Shown in pieces: positions 20,628-30,848 of a stretch of DNA of 64,000 nucleotides. The DNA is taken from contig JAZDFD010000028.1 of NCBI GenBank assembly GCA_043808155.1, forward strand, positions 17,870-81,869, read 5' to 3'. This DNA is from Candidatus Iainarchaeum sp. Its GTDB lineage: Archaea > Iainarchaeota > Iainarchaeia > Iainarchaeales > JAZDFD01. The number at the start of each line of letters is the position of its first letter. The stretch's first letter is position 1. The notes below the pieces were generated by a model. That model made no database searches. It was not told the origin of the DNA and saw only the letters and a list, made by a program, of their open reading frames with translations. A program made the translations under genes and the position numbers.

Positions 20628-21947
20628 ATGGCAGATAAACCACACATAAATCTTGTATTCATTGGTCACGTTGACCATGGTAAGAGTACATTAGTTGGTA
20701 GACTTTTATACGATGCAGGGTCATTAAGTGAACAGGAATACAGAAAGCTTGAGGCAGAAGCAAAGGAAAGAGGTAAAGGAACTTTTGCTTTCGCATATGC
20801 AATGGATAACCTCAAAGAAGAAAGAGAAAGAGGTATTACCATTGATGTTGCATACAGGAAATTTATTGCAAAAAAGAATGAATTCACAATTATTGATGCA
20901 CCTGGTCACAAAGATTTTGTAAAAAATATGATTACAGGAACAAGTCAGGCAGACGCAGCTGTTTTAGTTGTTGCAGCAAAAGAAGGAATCATGGCACAGA
21001 CAAAGGAACACGCATTCCTTTCACAGGTCATGGGAATCAAAAACATGGTTGTTGCAATAAACAAAATGGATGAAGTAGGTTACGATGAATCCAAATTTAA
21101 AGGTATTAAGGCGGATTTAGAAAAATTATTAAAGGGTGTTGGATTTAAAACAGACACATTGAAGTTCATCCCTGTTTCAGCATGGGAAGGCACCAATGTT
21201 GTTAAGAAATCTGATAAATTAGGATGGTATAAGGGTGACACATTATTAGAAACTCTTGATGCATTACCTGCACCTCAGTTACCGACAGACAAACCTTTGA
21301 GAATTCCTGTTCAGGATGTTTACACCATTAAGGGTGTTGGAACAGTTCCTGTTGGAAGAGTTGAAACCGGAATTATTAAACCAGGTGATAAAATAATTAT
21401 TGAGCCAACAGGTGCAACTGGTGAAGTAAAAACAGTTGAAATGCACCACGAAGCACTTCCAATGGCAAAACCAGGTGACAACATCGGTATTAACATCAGA
21501 GGAATTGGTAAATCTGATGTTGCAAGAGGAGACGTAATAAGTCACGCAAGTGATCCTGCAACAGTTGCAAAGGAGTTCATTGCACAGATTGTTGTATTGA
21601 ACCACCCAACTGCAATACCAGTAGGTTACACACCAGTATTCCACATGCACACAGCACAGTTAAGCTGTACATTGACGGAATTGCAGAAAAAACTCGATCC
21701 ATTAACAGGCGCAGTTAAGGAAGAAAACCCAAAGTTCCTTAAGACAGGGGACGCAGCAATTGTAAAGATTGTTCCTACAAAACCTGTTGTTTGTGAAGAG
21801 TATAAGAAATTCCCACAATTGGGAAGATTTGCAATTAGAGACATGGGTCAGACAGTTGCAGCAGGAATTATCATAAGCGTAACACCTAAAGTAAGCGTAA
21901 CGCCCAAGAGCGTAACACCTAAAGTAAGCGTAACGCCCAAGAAATGA
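20628..21947 (+). CDS. tuf: Elongation factor aEF-1alpha with SVTPK-repeat C-tail
   Basis: [39 protein letters not shown]. Confidence 0.97.
   Translation: MADKPHINLVFIGHVDHGKSTLVGRLLYDAGSLSEQEYRKLEAEAKERGKGTFAFAYAMDNLKEERERGITIDVAYRKFIAKKNEFTIIDAPGHKDFVKNMITGTSQADAAVLVVAAKEGIMAQTKEHAFLSQVMGIKNMVVAINKMDEVGYDESKFKGIKADLEKLLKGVGFKTDTLKFIPVSAWEGTNVVKKSDKLGWYKGDTLLETLDALPAPQLPTDKPLRIPVQDVYTIKGVGTVPVGRVETGIIKPGDKIIIEPTGATGEVKTVEMHHEALPMAKPGDNIGINIRGIGKSDVARGDVISHASDPATVAKEFIAQIVVLNHPTAIPVGYTPVFHMHTAQLSCTLTELQKKLDPLTGAVKEENPKFLKTGDAAIVKIVPTKPVVCEEYKKFPQLGRFAIRDMGQTVAAGIIISVTPKVSVTPKSVTPKVSVTPKK
21876..21941 (+). repeat. 33-bp perfect tandem duplication encoding [11 protein letters not shown] x2
   Basis: AGCGTAACACCTAAAGTAAGCGTAACGCCCAAG at 21876-21908 and 21909-21941. 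Confidence 0.9.
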
Positions 21948-21975
21948 GGGCGTTAATTTTCCTTTTTTATTTTTA
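21931..21975 (+). terminator. Hairpin plus T-tract spanning the tuf stop codon
   Basis: TAACGCCC...GGGCGTTA followed by T-rich run. Confidence 0.5.
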
Positions 21976-21993
21976 TGAGACTCAGTGATTAAT

Positions 21994-22305
21994 ATGCAGA
22001 AAGCCAGAATTAAACTTACAAGTCCGGACTACGACATTCTTGAAGATATCTGTTCAAAAATACTTGAAGTTGCACAAAGAACCGGTGTGAAGCATTCTGG
22101 TGCTATTCCAATGCCAACAAAGAAATTAGTTGTCCCTGCAAGAAAGAGTCCTTGTGGCGGTGGCACTGAAACTTATGAAAAGTGGCAATTGAGAATTCAC
22201 AAAAGACTGATTGATATTGAAGCAGATGAACGAACTCTGAGACGTGTCATGAGGGTTGAAATTCCTGAAAACGTACACGTTGAGATTGAATTAAAAGAAA
22301 ACTAA
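21994..22305 (+). CDS. rps10: Ribosomal protein uS10
   Basis: MQKARIKL, RKSPCGGGTETYEKWQLRIHKRLIDI. Confidence 0.95.
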   Translation: MQKARIKLTSPDYDILEDICSKILEVAQRTGVKHSGAIPMPTKKLVVPARKSPCGGGTETYEKWQLRIHKRLIDIEADERTLRRVMRVEIPENVHVEIELKEN

Positions 22306-22358
22306 TTTTTAGACTTAGCCTCTACTTTTTTATACTATTTTGTTCTATCTATAAGAGT

Positions 22359-22781
22359 ATGTACGAATATTTTGAACACACAGCAGATATTGGGGTAAGA
22401 GGCTTTGGTATTAATTTAGCATCTGCTTTTGAGGAAATTGCCAAAGGAATGTTCAATATCATGGTGGATATTGAAAGTGTAAATGAACGTCAGGAAGTTG
22501 AAATTACTGCAGAAGCAGATACTAAAGAAAATTTACTTATTGAATGGCTTAATGCTTTGATTGCAGAAGCAGACCAGAAAGAAATGACTTTTGCCAGTTT
22601 TCAGATTCAGGAATTAAGAAATGTTGGAACAGGATATTATCTGAAGGCTATTGCTATTGGCGAAGCTTTAGATCCAAAAAGACATAATGTTAAAATCGAA
22701 GTTAAAGCTGCAACTTATTCTCAGTTAAAAGTTGAATTCCGCAGAGATAAAGTAATGGTTCAGTGCATTGTTGATGTTTAA
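22359..22781 (+). CDS. Archease
   Basis: YEYFEHTADIG, EVKAATY, C-terminal IVDV; close to rtcB. Confidence 0.93.
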   Translation: MYEYFEHTADIGVRGFGINLASAFEEIAKGMFNIMVDIESVNERQEVEITAEADTKENLLIEWLNALIAEADQKEMTFASFQIQELRNVGTGYYLKAIAIGEALDPKRHNVKIEVKAATYSQLKVEFRRDKVMVQCIVDV

Positions 22782-22784
22782 TCT

Positions 22785-23348
22785 GTGATTTTTGTGACGA
22801 ATGTTTTTGTTTTTCACGGAACTGAGGGACATCCCAAAGAAAACTGGTTTCCCTGGATTAAGAAAGAACTTGAAATTTTGGGTTGCGAAGTTATAGTGCC
22901 GCAGTTTCCAACACCGGAAAATCAGACATTAGAAAAATGGTTTGCTGTCTTTGAAAAATATAAAAAATCATATTCTGAAAATACTATTCTAATTGGACAT
23001 AGTTTGGGTGGTGCTTTTTTGTTAAGAGTTTTGGAAAAATATGATACTAAAATCAAAGCTGTGTATATTGTATCAGCACCAATAGGTGTATTGCCGATAA
23101 AAAATTATGACGGAGATAAGCTCTTTATTGGTCATGCTTTTAATTGGGAAAGAATTAGAAATCATGCAAATAAATTTTGTATATTTCAATCGGATAATGA
23201 TCCTTATGTATGTCTTGGAAACGGAGAGAAATTAGCAAAAGAGTTAGGTGTTGATTTAAACTTTGTTGCAAACGCAGGGCATTTCAATGAAGCTGCAGGA
23301 TATACTGAATTTGAATTGCTACTTGAGAAAATTAAGAAAGAACTTTGA
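22785..23348 (+). CDS. RBBP9/YdeN-family alpha/beta hydrolase
   Basis: FHG...NWFPW, GHSLG nucleophile elbow, SDNDPYV, AGHFN. Confidence 0.88.
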   Translation: MIFVTNVFVFHGTEGHPKENWFPWIKKELEILGCEVIVPQFPTPENQTLEKWFAVFEKYKKSYSENTILIGHSLGGAFLLRVLEKYDTKIKAVYIVSAPIGVLPIKNYDGDKLFIGHAFNWERIRNHANKFCIFQSDNDPYVCLGNGEKLAKELGVDLNFVANAGHFNEAAGYTEFELLLEKIKKEL

Positions 23349-23405
23349 GTTGGTTAAACTTTTTAATAGCTTCATGCTATTAATATCTGACAATTGGTGA
23401 ACTAC

Positions 23406-26360
23406 ATGACTGAAATTAATAAGATTGCTGATTTTGTGTGGGAAATACCTAAAGAAGGAGACATGCGTGTACCTGTGAAGCTTTATGCAAGTAAAACACA
23501 AATAATTGATATGAAAGAAGAGGAAAAAACAGACTGGAGTTCAATAAAACAACTTAAGAACGTGGCAACATTGCCCGGAATTGAACAAAATGTTATTGCG
23601 CTCAGTGATGTCCACGTGGGCTACGGCGCACCCATAGGCGGAGTTTCTGCTTTTGATCTGGAGACAGGCGTTATTGTTTTCGGAAATATTGGATTTGATA
23701 TAAATTGCATTTCGGGGGAGAGTAAAGTATTGCACGAACACGGATATACAAAAAATATCAAAGATTTTGAAACCGATTGGTTTGACGAGAGTATCAAGTG
23801 TTTAAATCCGACAAACAAAGTCAAAAATACAAATATTGACGCATTCTTAAAATTTAAAACCAAGAAAAAGGTTTACAAACTTGAAACAGAATCTGGAAGA
23901 AAAATAATTGCAACAGAGGATCATCCATTTTATACTTCAAAGGGAATGAAAGAACTTTCATTATTGAAAAATAATGAGAAAATATCGGTTTTTCCATTTG
24001 AGGGTGTCGGATACGAAGAGCCCTCGGATAAAATAATTATAGCTGAAAAAGATATCAAAAACTTAGGTTTTAAAAAAAATATGAAACAGACAATTGATGA
24101 ACTGAAAAAAAGAAAACTTTTACCCCTAAAAATGAATAATCCAAAAATGCCTTATTTGTTAAAAATATTTGGTTATGCATTGGGTGACGGGAATCTTACA
24201 ATAAGAAAAAATGAAACCGTACAGTTATCTTTTTATGGAAATCCTGAAGACCTTGAGACAATAATCACTGATGTCGGAAACATAGGATTTAAAGCTTCCA
24301 AAATTTATTCAAGAGAAAGAAAACACGCAATACAAACGTCATATGAGTTAGTTAAATTTGAACACACTGAAACTTGGAGCAAATGCAGCTCTAAAGCACT
24401 TAGTGCACTTTTAATGGCAATGGGGTTGCCTGACGGGAACAAAGTGAAAAAGAATTATAGTATTCCCAAATGGTTATTTAAATGCCCGCTCTGGCAAAAA
24501 CGATTGTTTTTAGCATCATTATTTGGTGCAGAACTTAGTACGCCATCCACAATTACAAATCACGGTTATAATTTTAATAATCAGCTCCTTTCAATGAATA
24601 AAAATGAGAAATTCGTTAAAAACGGGAGAAAATTCCTTAGCCAAATTTCAGATTTATTGGGAGATTTTGGAATAAAAAGTAGTCAAATTAAAGAAAGAGA
24701 CGAATACACGAACAAAAAAGGTGAACTTTCAATAAGATTGCGACTTCAAATTTTCAGCAGACCTGCCAACTTAATCAAACTGTGGAGCATCATAGGATTT
24801 GAATATAATAAGAAAAGAAGTTATCTTGCAAACGTAGCTACGCAATACCTCAAAATAAAATCCAAAATAATTAAAAGCAGAAAAAAATGCGAACAAGAAG
24901 CAAAAGAACTCAGAAAGAAAAAATTAAGTGCAAAAAAAATATATGAAAAACTTAAATCAAAGTATAACTTCATAAATTTTAGATTTATAGAAAGATCTGT
25001 TTATGGCACACGAAAAGGGATGCCGAGAATATCATCTGCCTTCTCTTCTTTTGATGAATTTTTAGCACAAAATACTAAAGGGCTTGGTTTTACAGGGCAA
25101 GTATGGGATACGATAATATCAAAAGAAAAAATTGATTTCAATAAACCAGTTTATGATTTTACTGTTTGTGATGAGAATCACAATTTTATCGCAAATAATT
25201 TTGTTGTTTCAAACTGTGGCGTGCGCACACTTAAAACTGATTTGAAACGAGAAGATGTTGAAAAAGTAAAAGATAAACTTGCTGATGCGCTTTTTCAGAA
25301 TATACCTGCGGGTTTGGGTGTTAAAGGCGATGTGGAATTGACACTGGCAGAAATTGATGATGTTATTGTTAATGGTGCAGAGTTTGCAGTTGCTAAAGGT
25401 TACGGAACAAAAGAAGACTTAGAGTTTTGCGAAGAGAACGGAAAAATTACAGGTGCAGAACCTTCAGCTGTGAGCATGAAAGCTAAGCAAAGACAGTTCA
25501 AACAAGTTGGTACTTTAGGGAGCGGAAATCATTATTTAGAAGTGCAGTATGTTGATGAAATTTATAATGAAAAAATTGCAAAAGCATTTGGTTTGAGTAA
25601 GGACCAAATAATTATTTCAATTCACTGCGGTTCGCGTGCATTAGGACATCAGATTGGTTCTGATTATTTGCAATTTTTAGATAAAGCTGCAAAAAAGCAC
25701 GGAATTAAAATAAAAGATAAGGAATTAGTTTGCGCGCCAATTCAGAGTGAAGAAGGTAAGCAGTATTTTTCTGCAGTTAAAGCAGGGATTAATGTTGCAT
25801 TTGCAAACAGACACGTAATTGGACATCTTACAAGAAAAACTTTTGCAGAAGTATTTGGAATTTCCGAAAGCACAATAAAAACATTTTACGATGTAGGACA
25901 TAACACTGCGAAAGTTGAAGAGCATGATGTTGATGGCATGAAAAAGAAATTGCTTGTTCACAGGAAAGGTTCTACCCGTGGTTTTGGTCCGGGAAGAATT
26001 GAGGTTCCTGAAGCATACAGAAGTGTTGGTCAGCCAGTGCTTGTTGGTGGCACAATGGGAACGCATTCATATATTCTTGCAGGAACTGAAAAAGGAATGC
26101 ATGAAACATTCGGTTCTACTGTGCATGGTGCAGGCAGAGTAATGTCAAGAATGAAGGCAAAAAAGCAATGGGCTGGTGAAAGTGTTTTGCAAGATTTGAA
26201 AGAGAAGGGAATCCTGGTGAAAAGCCATTCAACACAGGGTCTTGCAGAGGAAGCACCTGACGCATACAAAGACGTTACTGAAGTTGTTGACATAATGCAC
26301 AATGCTGGTGTGACTGAGAAAGTTGTGAAATTGAAACCGCTAATTGTAATTAAAGGCTAA
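23406..26360 (+). CDS. rtcB: RNA ligase RtcB precursor containing an intein
   Basis: DVHVGYG, GFDIN|C, GTLGSGNHYLE, IHCGSR, HRKG, HGAGR, EEAPDAYK. Confidence 0.96.
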   Translation: MTEINKIADFVWEIPKEGDMRVPVKLYASKTQIIDMKEEEKTDWSSIKQLKNVATLPGIEQNVIALSDVHVGYGAPIGGVSAFDLETGVIVFGNIGFDINCISGESKVLHEHGYTKNIKDFETDWFDESIKCLNPTNKVKNTNIDAFLKFKTKKKVYKLETESGRKIIATEDHPFYTSKGMKELSLLKNNEKISVFPFEGVGYEEPSDKIIIAEKDIKNLGFKKNMKQTIDELKKRKLLPLKMNNPKMPYLLKIFGYALGDGNLTIRKNETVQLSFYGNPEDLETIITDVGNIGFKASKIYSRERKHAIQTSYELVKFEHTETWSKCSSKALSALLMAMGLPDGNKVKKNYSIPKWLFKCPLWQKRLFLASLFGAELSTPSTITNHGYNFNNQLLSMNKNEKFVKNGRKFLSQISDLLGDFGIKSSQIKERDEYTNKKGELSIRLRLQIFSRPANLIKLWSIIGFEYNKKRSYLANVATQYLKIKSKIIKSRKKCEQEAKELRKKKLSAKKIYEKLKSKYNFINFRFIERSVYGTRKGMPRISSAFSSFDEFLAQNTKGLGFTGQVWDTIISKEKIDFNKPVYDFTVCDENHNFIANNFVVSNCGVRTLKTDLKREDVEKVKDKLADALFQNIPAGLGVKGDVELTLAEIDDVIVNGAEFAVAKGYGTKEDLEFCEENGKITGAEPSAVSMKAKQRQFKQVGTLGSGNHYLEVQYVDEIYNEKIAKAFGLSKDQIIISIHCGSRALGHQIGSDYLQFLDKAAKKHGIKIKDKELVCAPIQSEEGKQYFSAVKAGINVAFANRHVIGHLTRKTFAEVFGISESTIKTFYDVGHNTAKVEEHDVDGMKKKLLVHRKGSTRGFGPGRIEVPEAYRSVGQPVLVGGTMGTHSYILAGTEKGMHETFGSTVHGAGRVMSRMKAKKQWAGESVLQDLKEKGILVKSHSTQGLAEEAPDAYKDVTEVVDIMHNAGVTEKVVKLKPLIVIKG
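23706..25214 (+). mobile_element. 503-aa intein with LAGLIDADG-type homing endonuclease region in RtcB
   Basis: Starts CISGES, block B ATEDHPF, GYALGDG, FLASLFGAE, VYDFTV...HNFIANNFVVSN then +1 Cys; removal restores GFDINCGVR. Confidence 0.93.
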
Positions 26361-26622
26361 TTTTATTAAGTTTGGAAATTTAAACACGACTTACTATCTT
26401 CTACATAATAATGTAAAGACAAAGATTAAACCTTTAGGAAACAAACTTTTTCTTTTAAGGAAATACGTACAATAGAACGTACGTATCAGACAAATTGACT
26501 TATACATAATCATTTATAAACTATCGACAATTAACTTAGTTCCGTGAAAAAGGAACGTTTATAAAGAGCGGAAGCAGGGTTATATACAACACTTGGTGAG
26601 TGTGGGGAGTGATAGTTTGATT

Positions 26623-27573
26623 ATGAGAGCAATCTTTATTGTACTTGGAATCTTATTGATGGCGTACAGTACACAAGCATATGAATGTTCAAATATACAA
26701 ATTGATGTAACTGATTTTGAATTAGACGCAGGAACCACAGAATACAAGGTTTTTGAACTTTGGAATGTTTCCGGAAGTGATTTTTACATAGAATATGCAG
26801 AAGTTTATGATTATAGTTCTGATTTTAGAGCAGAAAATGTGAGATATGATTCTTTTATTGAAGCACATGGATTTGCGGAAATTAAAGTGAAAGTTAAGGC
26901 AAATGAAATTGCAGAGGATGCAAAAGGCACAGGATATGTGATTATTAGAGGATTTTTCGCAGATGAAAAGAGATGTTATACTGATGAGCTGAGGAATGAA
27001 TTTGAAGTGAGTGTGAGCGGCAATCCAAGATTCGCAATTCAGGAATATATTGAAAATGAAGAATTCAAAGTGAGAATTCCAGAGTATTTCTTAGGGAAAC
27101 TCAATGAAGAAGTGAAAATGCCGATTGAAATTTACAATAAAACCAATGAAAGAGTGGAAATTTCATTTATGGGACAAGATGCCAAAGTTACGCCTCAAAA
27201 CATCTCAGTACCAAGAAATTCTGTGATAAAGACAGATTTGACCGTGATTTTGTATTCGACCCAGGCAGAAATCAGCTATTCAAACACCTTTTTCGGTTCT
27301 GGAAATACAATTCTCTTTGCTGAAAGGGAAGAAATAGCTGTTCCTTCAGTTCCCGATGTGCAGATAATTGAGGAAATTGAAGAAAATGGGGCTGAAGAAG
27401 CTCAAGAAGTGCCTGCTGAAAAGAGCGAGGATGTGGATTTAATTTCAGAAGCATTCAACACTGGATTTGCTACTTTGAGCTCAGGATATGGCATGATTTT
27501 GATTATATTGGTTGCTTTTGCAGCACTGCTTTATTTGCTGTTTTCAGACAGAAAAGAGCAGAGTTTGATTTAA
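26623..27573 (+). CDS. Secreted, C-terminally anchored surface protein
   Basis: Signal peptide, beta-rich body, acidic linker, TGFA motif, TM helix, short tail. Confidence 0.7.
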   Translation: MRAIFIVLGILLMAYSTQAYECSNIQIDVTDFELDAGTTEYKVFELWNVSGSDFYIEYAEVYDYSSDFRAENVRYDSFIEAHGFAEIKVKVKANEIAEDAKGTGYVIIRGFFADEKRCYTDELRNEFEVSVSGNPRFAIQEYIENEEFKVRIPEYFLGKLNEEVKMPIEIYNKTNERVEISFMGQDAKVTPQNISVPRNSVIKTDLTVILYSTQAEISYSNTFFGSGNTILFAEREEIAVPSVPDVQIIEEIEENGAEEAQEVPAEKSEDVDLISEAFNTGFATLSSGYGMILIILVAFAALLYLLFSDRKEQSLI

Positions 27574-27614
27574 AAACCTTCGCACGGCAATATATTATAC
27601 TTAAAATGTAAACT

Positions 27615-27694
27615 GTACTTCTCAAGAACCTTGAGGGGTGTAAGTGCTAAAATCCTGTTTTTTCGGATTTTGCACAGAATGGTGCAACATTTTG
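27615..27694 (+). promoter_or_regulatory. Three-hairpin 5' leader of the L3 operon
   Basis: CTCAAG/CTTGAG, GTGCTAAAATCC/GGATTTTGCAC and CAGAATG/CATTTTG stems upstream of the rpl3 SD. Confidence 0.5.
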
Positions 27695-27734
27695 AATTGA
27701 AGACTAAATATAGCCATATATTTGGTGAGCATTA

Positions 27735-28793
27735 ATGGCAAAAACACACAAACCAAGAAGCGGAAGTCTTGCATTTTATCCAAAAAAGCGGGCAAAAAGA
27801 GAAATGCCTAGCTTTAAGAGTGTAAGAAATCAAGGCACAGAAGTTAGACCGCAAAACTTTTTAGGTTACAAAGTCGGAATGACACATGTAACAGGAAAAA
27901 ATGCTCACGAAAAAAGCAGAACATTTGGTCAGGAAATTGTTGTGCCAGTAACAATTTTGGAAACACCAACAATGAAAGTTTTTGGAATTAGGGCTTATGA
28001 AAAAATTGTTGGTGGCTTTAATCCGATTGGAGATGTTTATAATGAAAAATTCTCAAAACATCTTTTGAGACGTATTAAAAACTTTAAGAAAAAAACTTCA
28101 AAAAGAAAATCTGATTCTAAAAAAGACAATGAAAAAATTGCAGAAAAAAAAACTGAAGAAAAGAAAAAAACTATTTCTGATCTTGAAAAAGAACTTGAAA
28201 ATATTTATGAAATTAGATTATTGGTTCATACACAGCCTGATTTAACAACAATGGGTAAAAAGAAACCAGAAGTTTCTGAAATTTTCTTAAACGGAAGCGT
28301 AGAAGCACAATTAAAATATGCAAAAGAAAAATTAGGCAAAGAACTTTCAGTTACAGATGTTTTTGCTGAAAAAGAATTTATTGATGTTAAAGGCGTTACA
28401 ATTGGAAAAGGATTTACAGGCCCAGTTAAAAGAGCAGGTGTTAAAACACACAGACCAAAAGCAAAAACAACAAGAACTGTAGGGAGTATTGGTCCTTGGC
28501 ACCCTGCAACAGTAATGTGGACTGTTGCAAGACCAGGTCAGCTTGGTTATCAGACAAGAACAGAATACAACAAAAGAATTCTTAAAATCGGAGACAATCC
28601 AGAAGATATAAACAGAAAAGGCGGTTTTCTCCAGTATGGTCTTGTAAGAAACCAATTCGTTGTTTTAAGAGGTTCAGTTCCAGGACCCAAGAAAAGATTA
28701 ATTGGTTTAAGACACAACATCAGAAAAGTAAACCTTAACAGAGAAACACTTAATAAAATTGAATTCATTGCAACAAAAGGTGAAATTAAATGA
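27735..28793 (+). CDS. rpl3: Ribosomal protein uL3
   Basis: PRSGSLAF, GYKVGMTH, GKGFTGPVKR, GSVPGPKKR. Confidence 0.96.
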   Translation: MAKTHKPRSGSLAFYPKKRAKREMPSFKSVRNQGTEVRPQNFLGYKVGMTHVTGKNAHEKSRTFGQEIVVPVTILETPTMKVFGIRAYEKIVGGFNPIGDVYNEKFSKHLLRRIKNFKKKTSKRKSDSKKDNEKIAEKKTEEKKKTISDLEKELENIYEIRLLVHTQPDLTTMGKKKPEVSEIFLNGSVEAQLKYAKEKLGKELSVTDVFAEKEFIDVKGVTIGKGFTGPVKRAGVKTHRPKAKTTRTVGSIGPWHPATVMWTVARPGQLGYQTRTEYNKRILKIGDNPEDINRKGGFLQYGLVRNQFVVLRGSVPGPKKRLIGLRHNIRKVNLNRETLNKIEFIATKGEIK

Positions 28794-29587
28794 AAGCAGA
28801 CGTATACTCAGTAGAGGGTAAAAAAGTAAAAGAAATTTCACTTCCTAAAGTATTTGATACTGAATATGATTCCGCATTAATCAAAAGATCTGTTTTAGCT
28901 TCACAGTCTGCAAGACTTCAGCCTAAGGGCGCATATCAAAACGCAGGAATGGATAATTCAGCTGTAATGAAAGGACGAAGAAGTTTCCCTGCAAGCGGAA
29001 GAAGTATTAATGTTGGACATGCAAGGCTTCCGCGTGTTAAAAGTCACAGAGCATTATTAGCAGGACACGTAGCCAGAGTCGCACAGGCACGCGGAGGTAA
29101 ACGTGCACACCCTCCAAAAATTGAACAAAGGATAGAGGAAAAAATAAACAAAAAAGAAAAAAAGAAAGCACTTGCATCAGCAATTGCAACAACTGTGAAT
29201 TATGCATTAGTTTCAAAAAGACACAAAATAGCAGGAATTAAACTTCCAATTATTATGGAAGATAAATTCGCAGAACTGAAAAAAACCGCAGATGTTAAAA
29301 GTGTGTTAGAAAAATTGAATCTTTATACAGATGTTGAAAATGCAAAAAACAAAAAACATGTACGCGCAGGCAAAGGAAAACTACGCGGAAGAAAATACAA
29401 AAGAAAGAAAAGTTTGCTTATTGTGACAGGCAAACAGGCACCTGTTTACAGAGCTGCAAGAAATTTAGAAGGTGTTGAAATTTGCACTGTAAGAAATTTA
29501 AATGCAGAATTGTTAGCACCAGGTGCAGAAGCAGGAAGATTGACAATATGGTTAGAAAGTGCAATTAGTGCATTGGAGACTAGGTGA
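28790..29587 (+). CDS. rpl4: Ribosomal protein uL4
   Basis: RGGKRAHPPK, RAGKGKLRGRKY, LLAPGAEAGRLT. Confidence 0.95.
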   Translation: MKADVYSVEGKKVKEISLPKVFDTEYDSALIKRSVLASQSARLQPKGAYQNAGMDNSAVMKGRRSFPASGRSINVGHARLPRVKSHRALLAGHVARVAQARGGKRAHPPKIEQRIEEKINKKEKKKALASAIATTVNYALVSKRHKIAGIKLPIIMEDKFAELKKTADVKSVLEKLNLYTDVENAKNKKHVRAGKGKLRGRKYKRKKSLLIVTGKQAPVYRAARNLEGVEICTVRNLNAELLAPGAEAGRLTIWLESAISALETR

Positions 29588-29591
29588 TTAA

Positions 29592-30014
29592 ATGGCTGCA
29601 GAAAAAAAAGTGAAAAAGGAAACAAAAGAAAAGAAAGCAGTCAAAGAAACAAAGAAAGCTGGAAAAACACCAGTAAAAGAAAAGAAAGACGATAAAAAAA
29701 CTGAGAAAGTTAAACAGCTCTCAGCAAAAGAAACAACATCAAGTGAAGTTAAAGGTAAATTTTATTCAATTGTGAAACACCCTTTGATTTCAGAAAAAGC
29801 AGTTGGGATGATTGAAACACAAAACAAATTAACTTTTGTTATTGAAAAAGGTTTTACTAAAAGTGAAGTTAAAAGGGCAGTAGAACAAATGTATAATGTA
29901 AAAGTTGACCGCGTCCAAGTAGTTAATGATATGAAAGGAAGGAAAAAAGCAATTGTTAGAATAAACAAACAATACCGCGCAGATGAAATTGCAACAAAAT
30001 TAGGGATATTGTAA
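29592..30014 (+). CDS. rpl23: Ribosomal protein uL23 with K/E-rich N-extension
   Basis: PLISEKA...NKLTF...KKAIVR; synteny. Confidence 0.93.
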   Translation: MAAEKKVKKETKEKKAVKETKKAGKTPVKEKKDDKKTEKVKQLSAKETTSSEVKGKFYSIVKHPLISEKAVGMIETQNKLTFVIEKGFTKSEVKRAVEQMYNVKVDRVQVVNDMKGRKKAIVRINKQYRADEIATKLGIL

Positions 30015-30024
30015 GGTGTAAATT

Positions 30025-30102
30025 TTGAAAAACCATAATTATTACTGTGGCATTGAAAATGCCACACATAAATCGGAGTACCCGTACGAAATCGGGTTGT
30101 GA
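30025..30102 (+). repeat. Junction repeat copy A, within a 25-aa mini-ORF (TTG start)
   Basis: AATTATTAC-GTGGCATT/AATGCCAC-ACATAAATCGGAGTACCCGTACGAAATCGGGT; reads MKNHNYYCGIENATHKSEYPYEIGL*. Confidence 0.88.
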
Positions 30103-30106
30103 TAAC

Positions 30107-30838
30107 ATGCCTGGAAGACTAAAAACACAAAGAAGAGGTAGAGGGACTCCGAGATACCTGGCCTCAAATAAGGGGATTACATGTACATATATTAATTATA
30201 CAGATGAACAAAAGAAAGATGTATTATTTGGCGAAGTTATTAGTTTGATAAAAACAACTGCAAGAAACAGTATTGTTGCAATTGAGAGATTTATAATAGA
30301 CGGTAAGGAAACAGACTCACAAGTAATAGCTGCAGAAGGGTTAAGTGTTGGTCAGAAAATCCAATACGGGACTAATGCAGAACTTGCAATCGGAAATGTT
30401 TTACCACTTTCGAAGATTCCGGAGGGGTGCCCTATATTCAATATTGAAAAAGAAAGTGGGGATGGCGGAACATTTGTAAAAAGCAGCGGGATTTACGCAA
30501 TATTAGTTACAAAGGACAAGAAAAATGCTTACATTAAATTACCATCAGGAAAAACAAAACCATTCACCCTCTTGGCAAGAGCAACAATTGGATGTTCAGC
30601 ATGCGGTGGAAGAACTGAAAAACCTTTCGTCAAAGCAGGAGCCAAATATTTTGCAATGAAAAGAAAAAGGAAAATGTGGCCAGTTGTAAGAGGTGTTGCA
30701 ATGAACGCAGCATACCACCCACACGGTGGTGAACAGCACCATGTTGGTAAGAGTAAGTCTGTATCAAGACACGCTTCACCAGGAAGAAAGGTTGGTGCAA
30801 TTGCTTCGAAGAGAACAGGAAGGAAAAAGAAAAACTAG
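30107..30838 (+). CDS. rpl2: Ribosomal protein uL2
   Basis: QRRGRG N-terminus, VRGVAMNAAYHPHGG, PGRKVG. Confidence 0.95.
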   Translation: MPGRLKTQRRGRGTPRYLASNKGITCTYINYTDEQKKDVLFGEVISLIKTTARNSIVAIERFIIDGKETDSQVIAAEGLSVGQKIQYGTNAELAIGNVLPLSKIPEGCPIFNIEKESGDGGTFVKSSGIYAILVTKDKKNAYIKLPSGKTKPFTLLARATIGCSACGGRTEKPFVKAGAKYFAMKRKRKMWPVVRGVAMNAAYHPHGGEQHHVGKSKSVSRHASPGRKVGAIASKRTGRKKKN

Positions 30839-30848
30839 GGTGTGTTAG

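Noticed and set aside
26394-26513. 39-aa minus-strand ORF and short palindromes downstream of rtcB
   Set aside because: No SD, no recognisable motif, AT-rich; insufficient support.
30047-30106. N-terminal extension of uL2 from the ORF track
   Set aside because: This is repeat copy A read in another frame; the SD and homology support the ATG at 30107.
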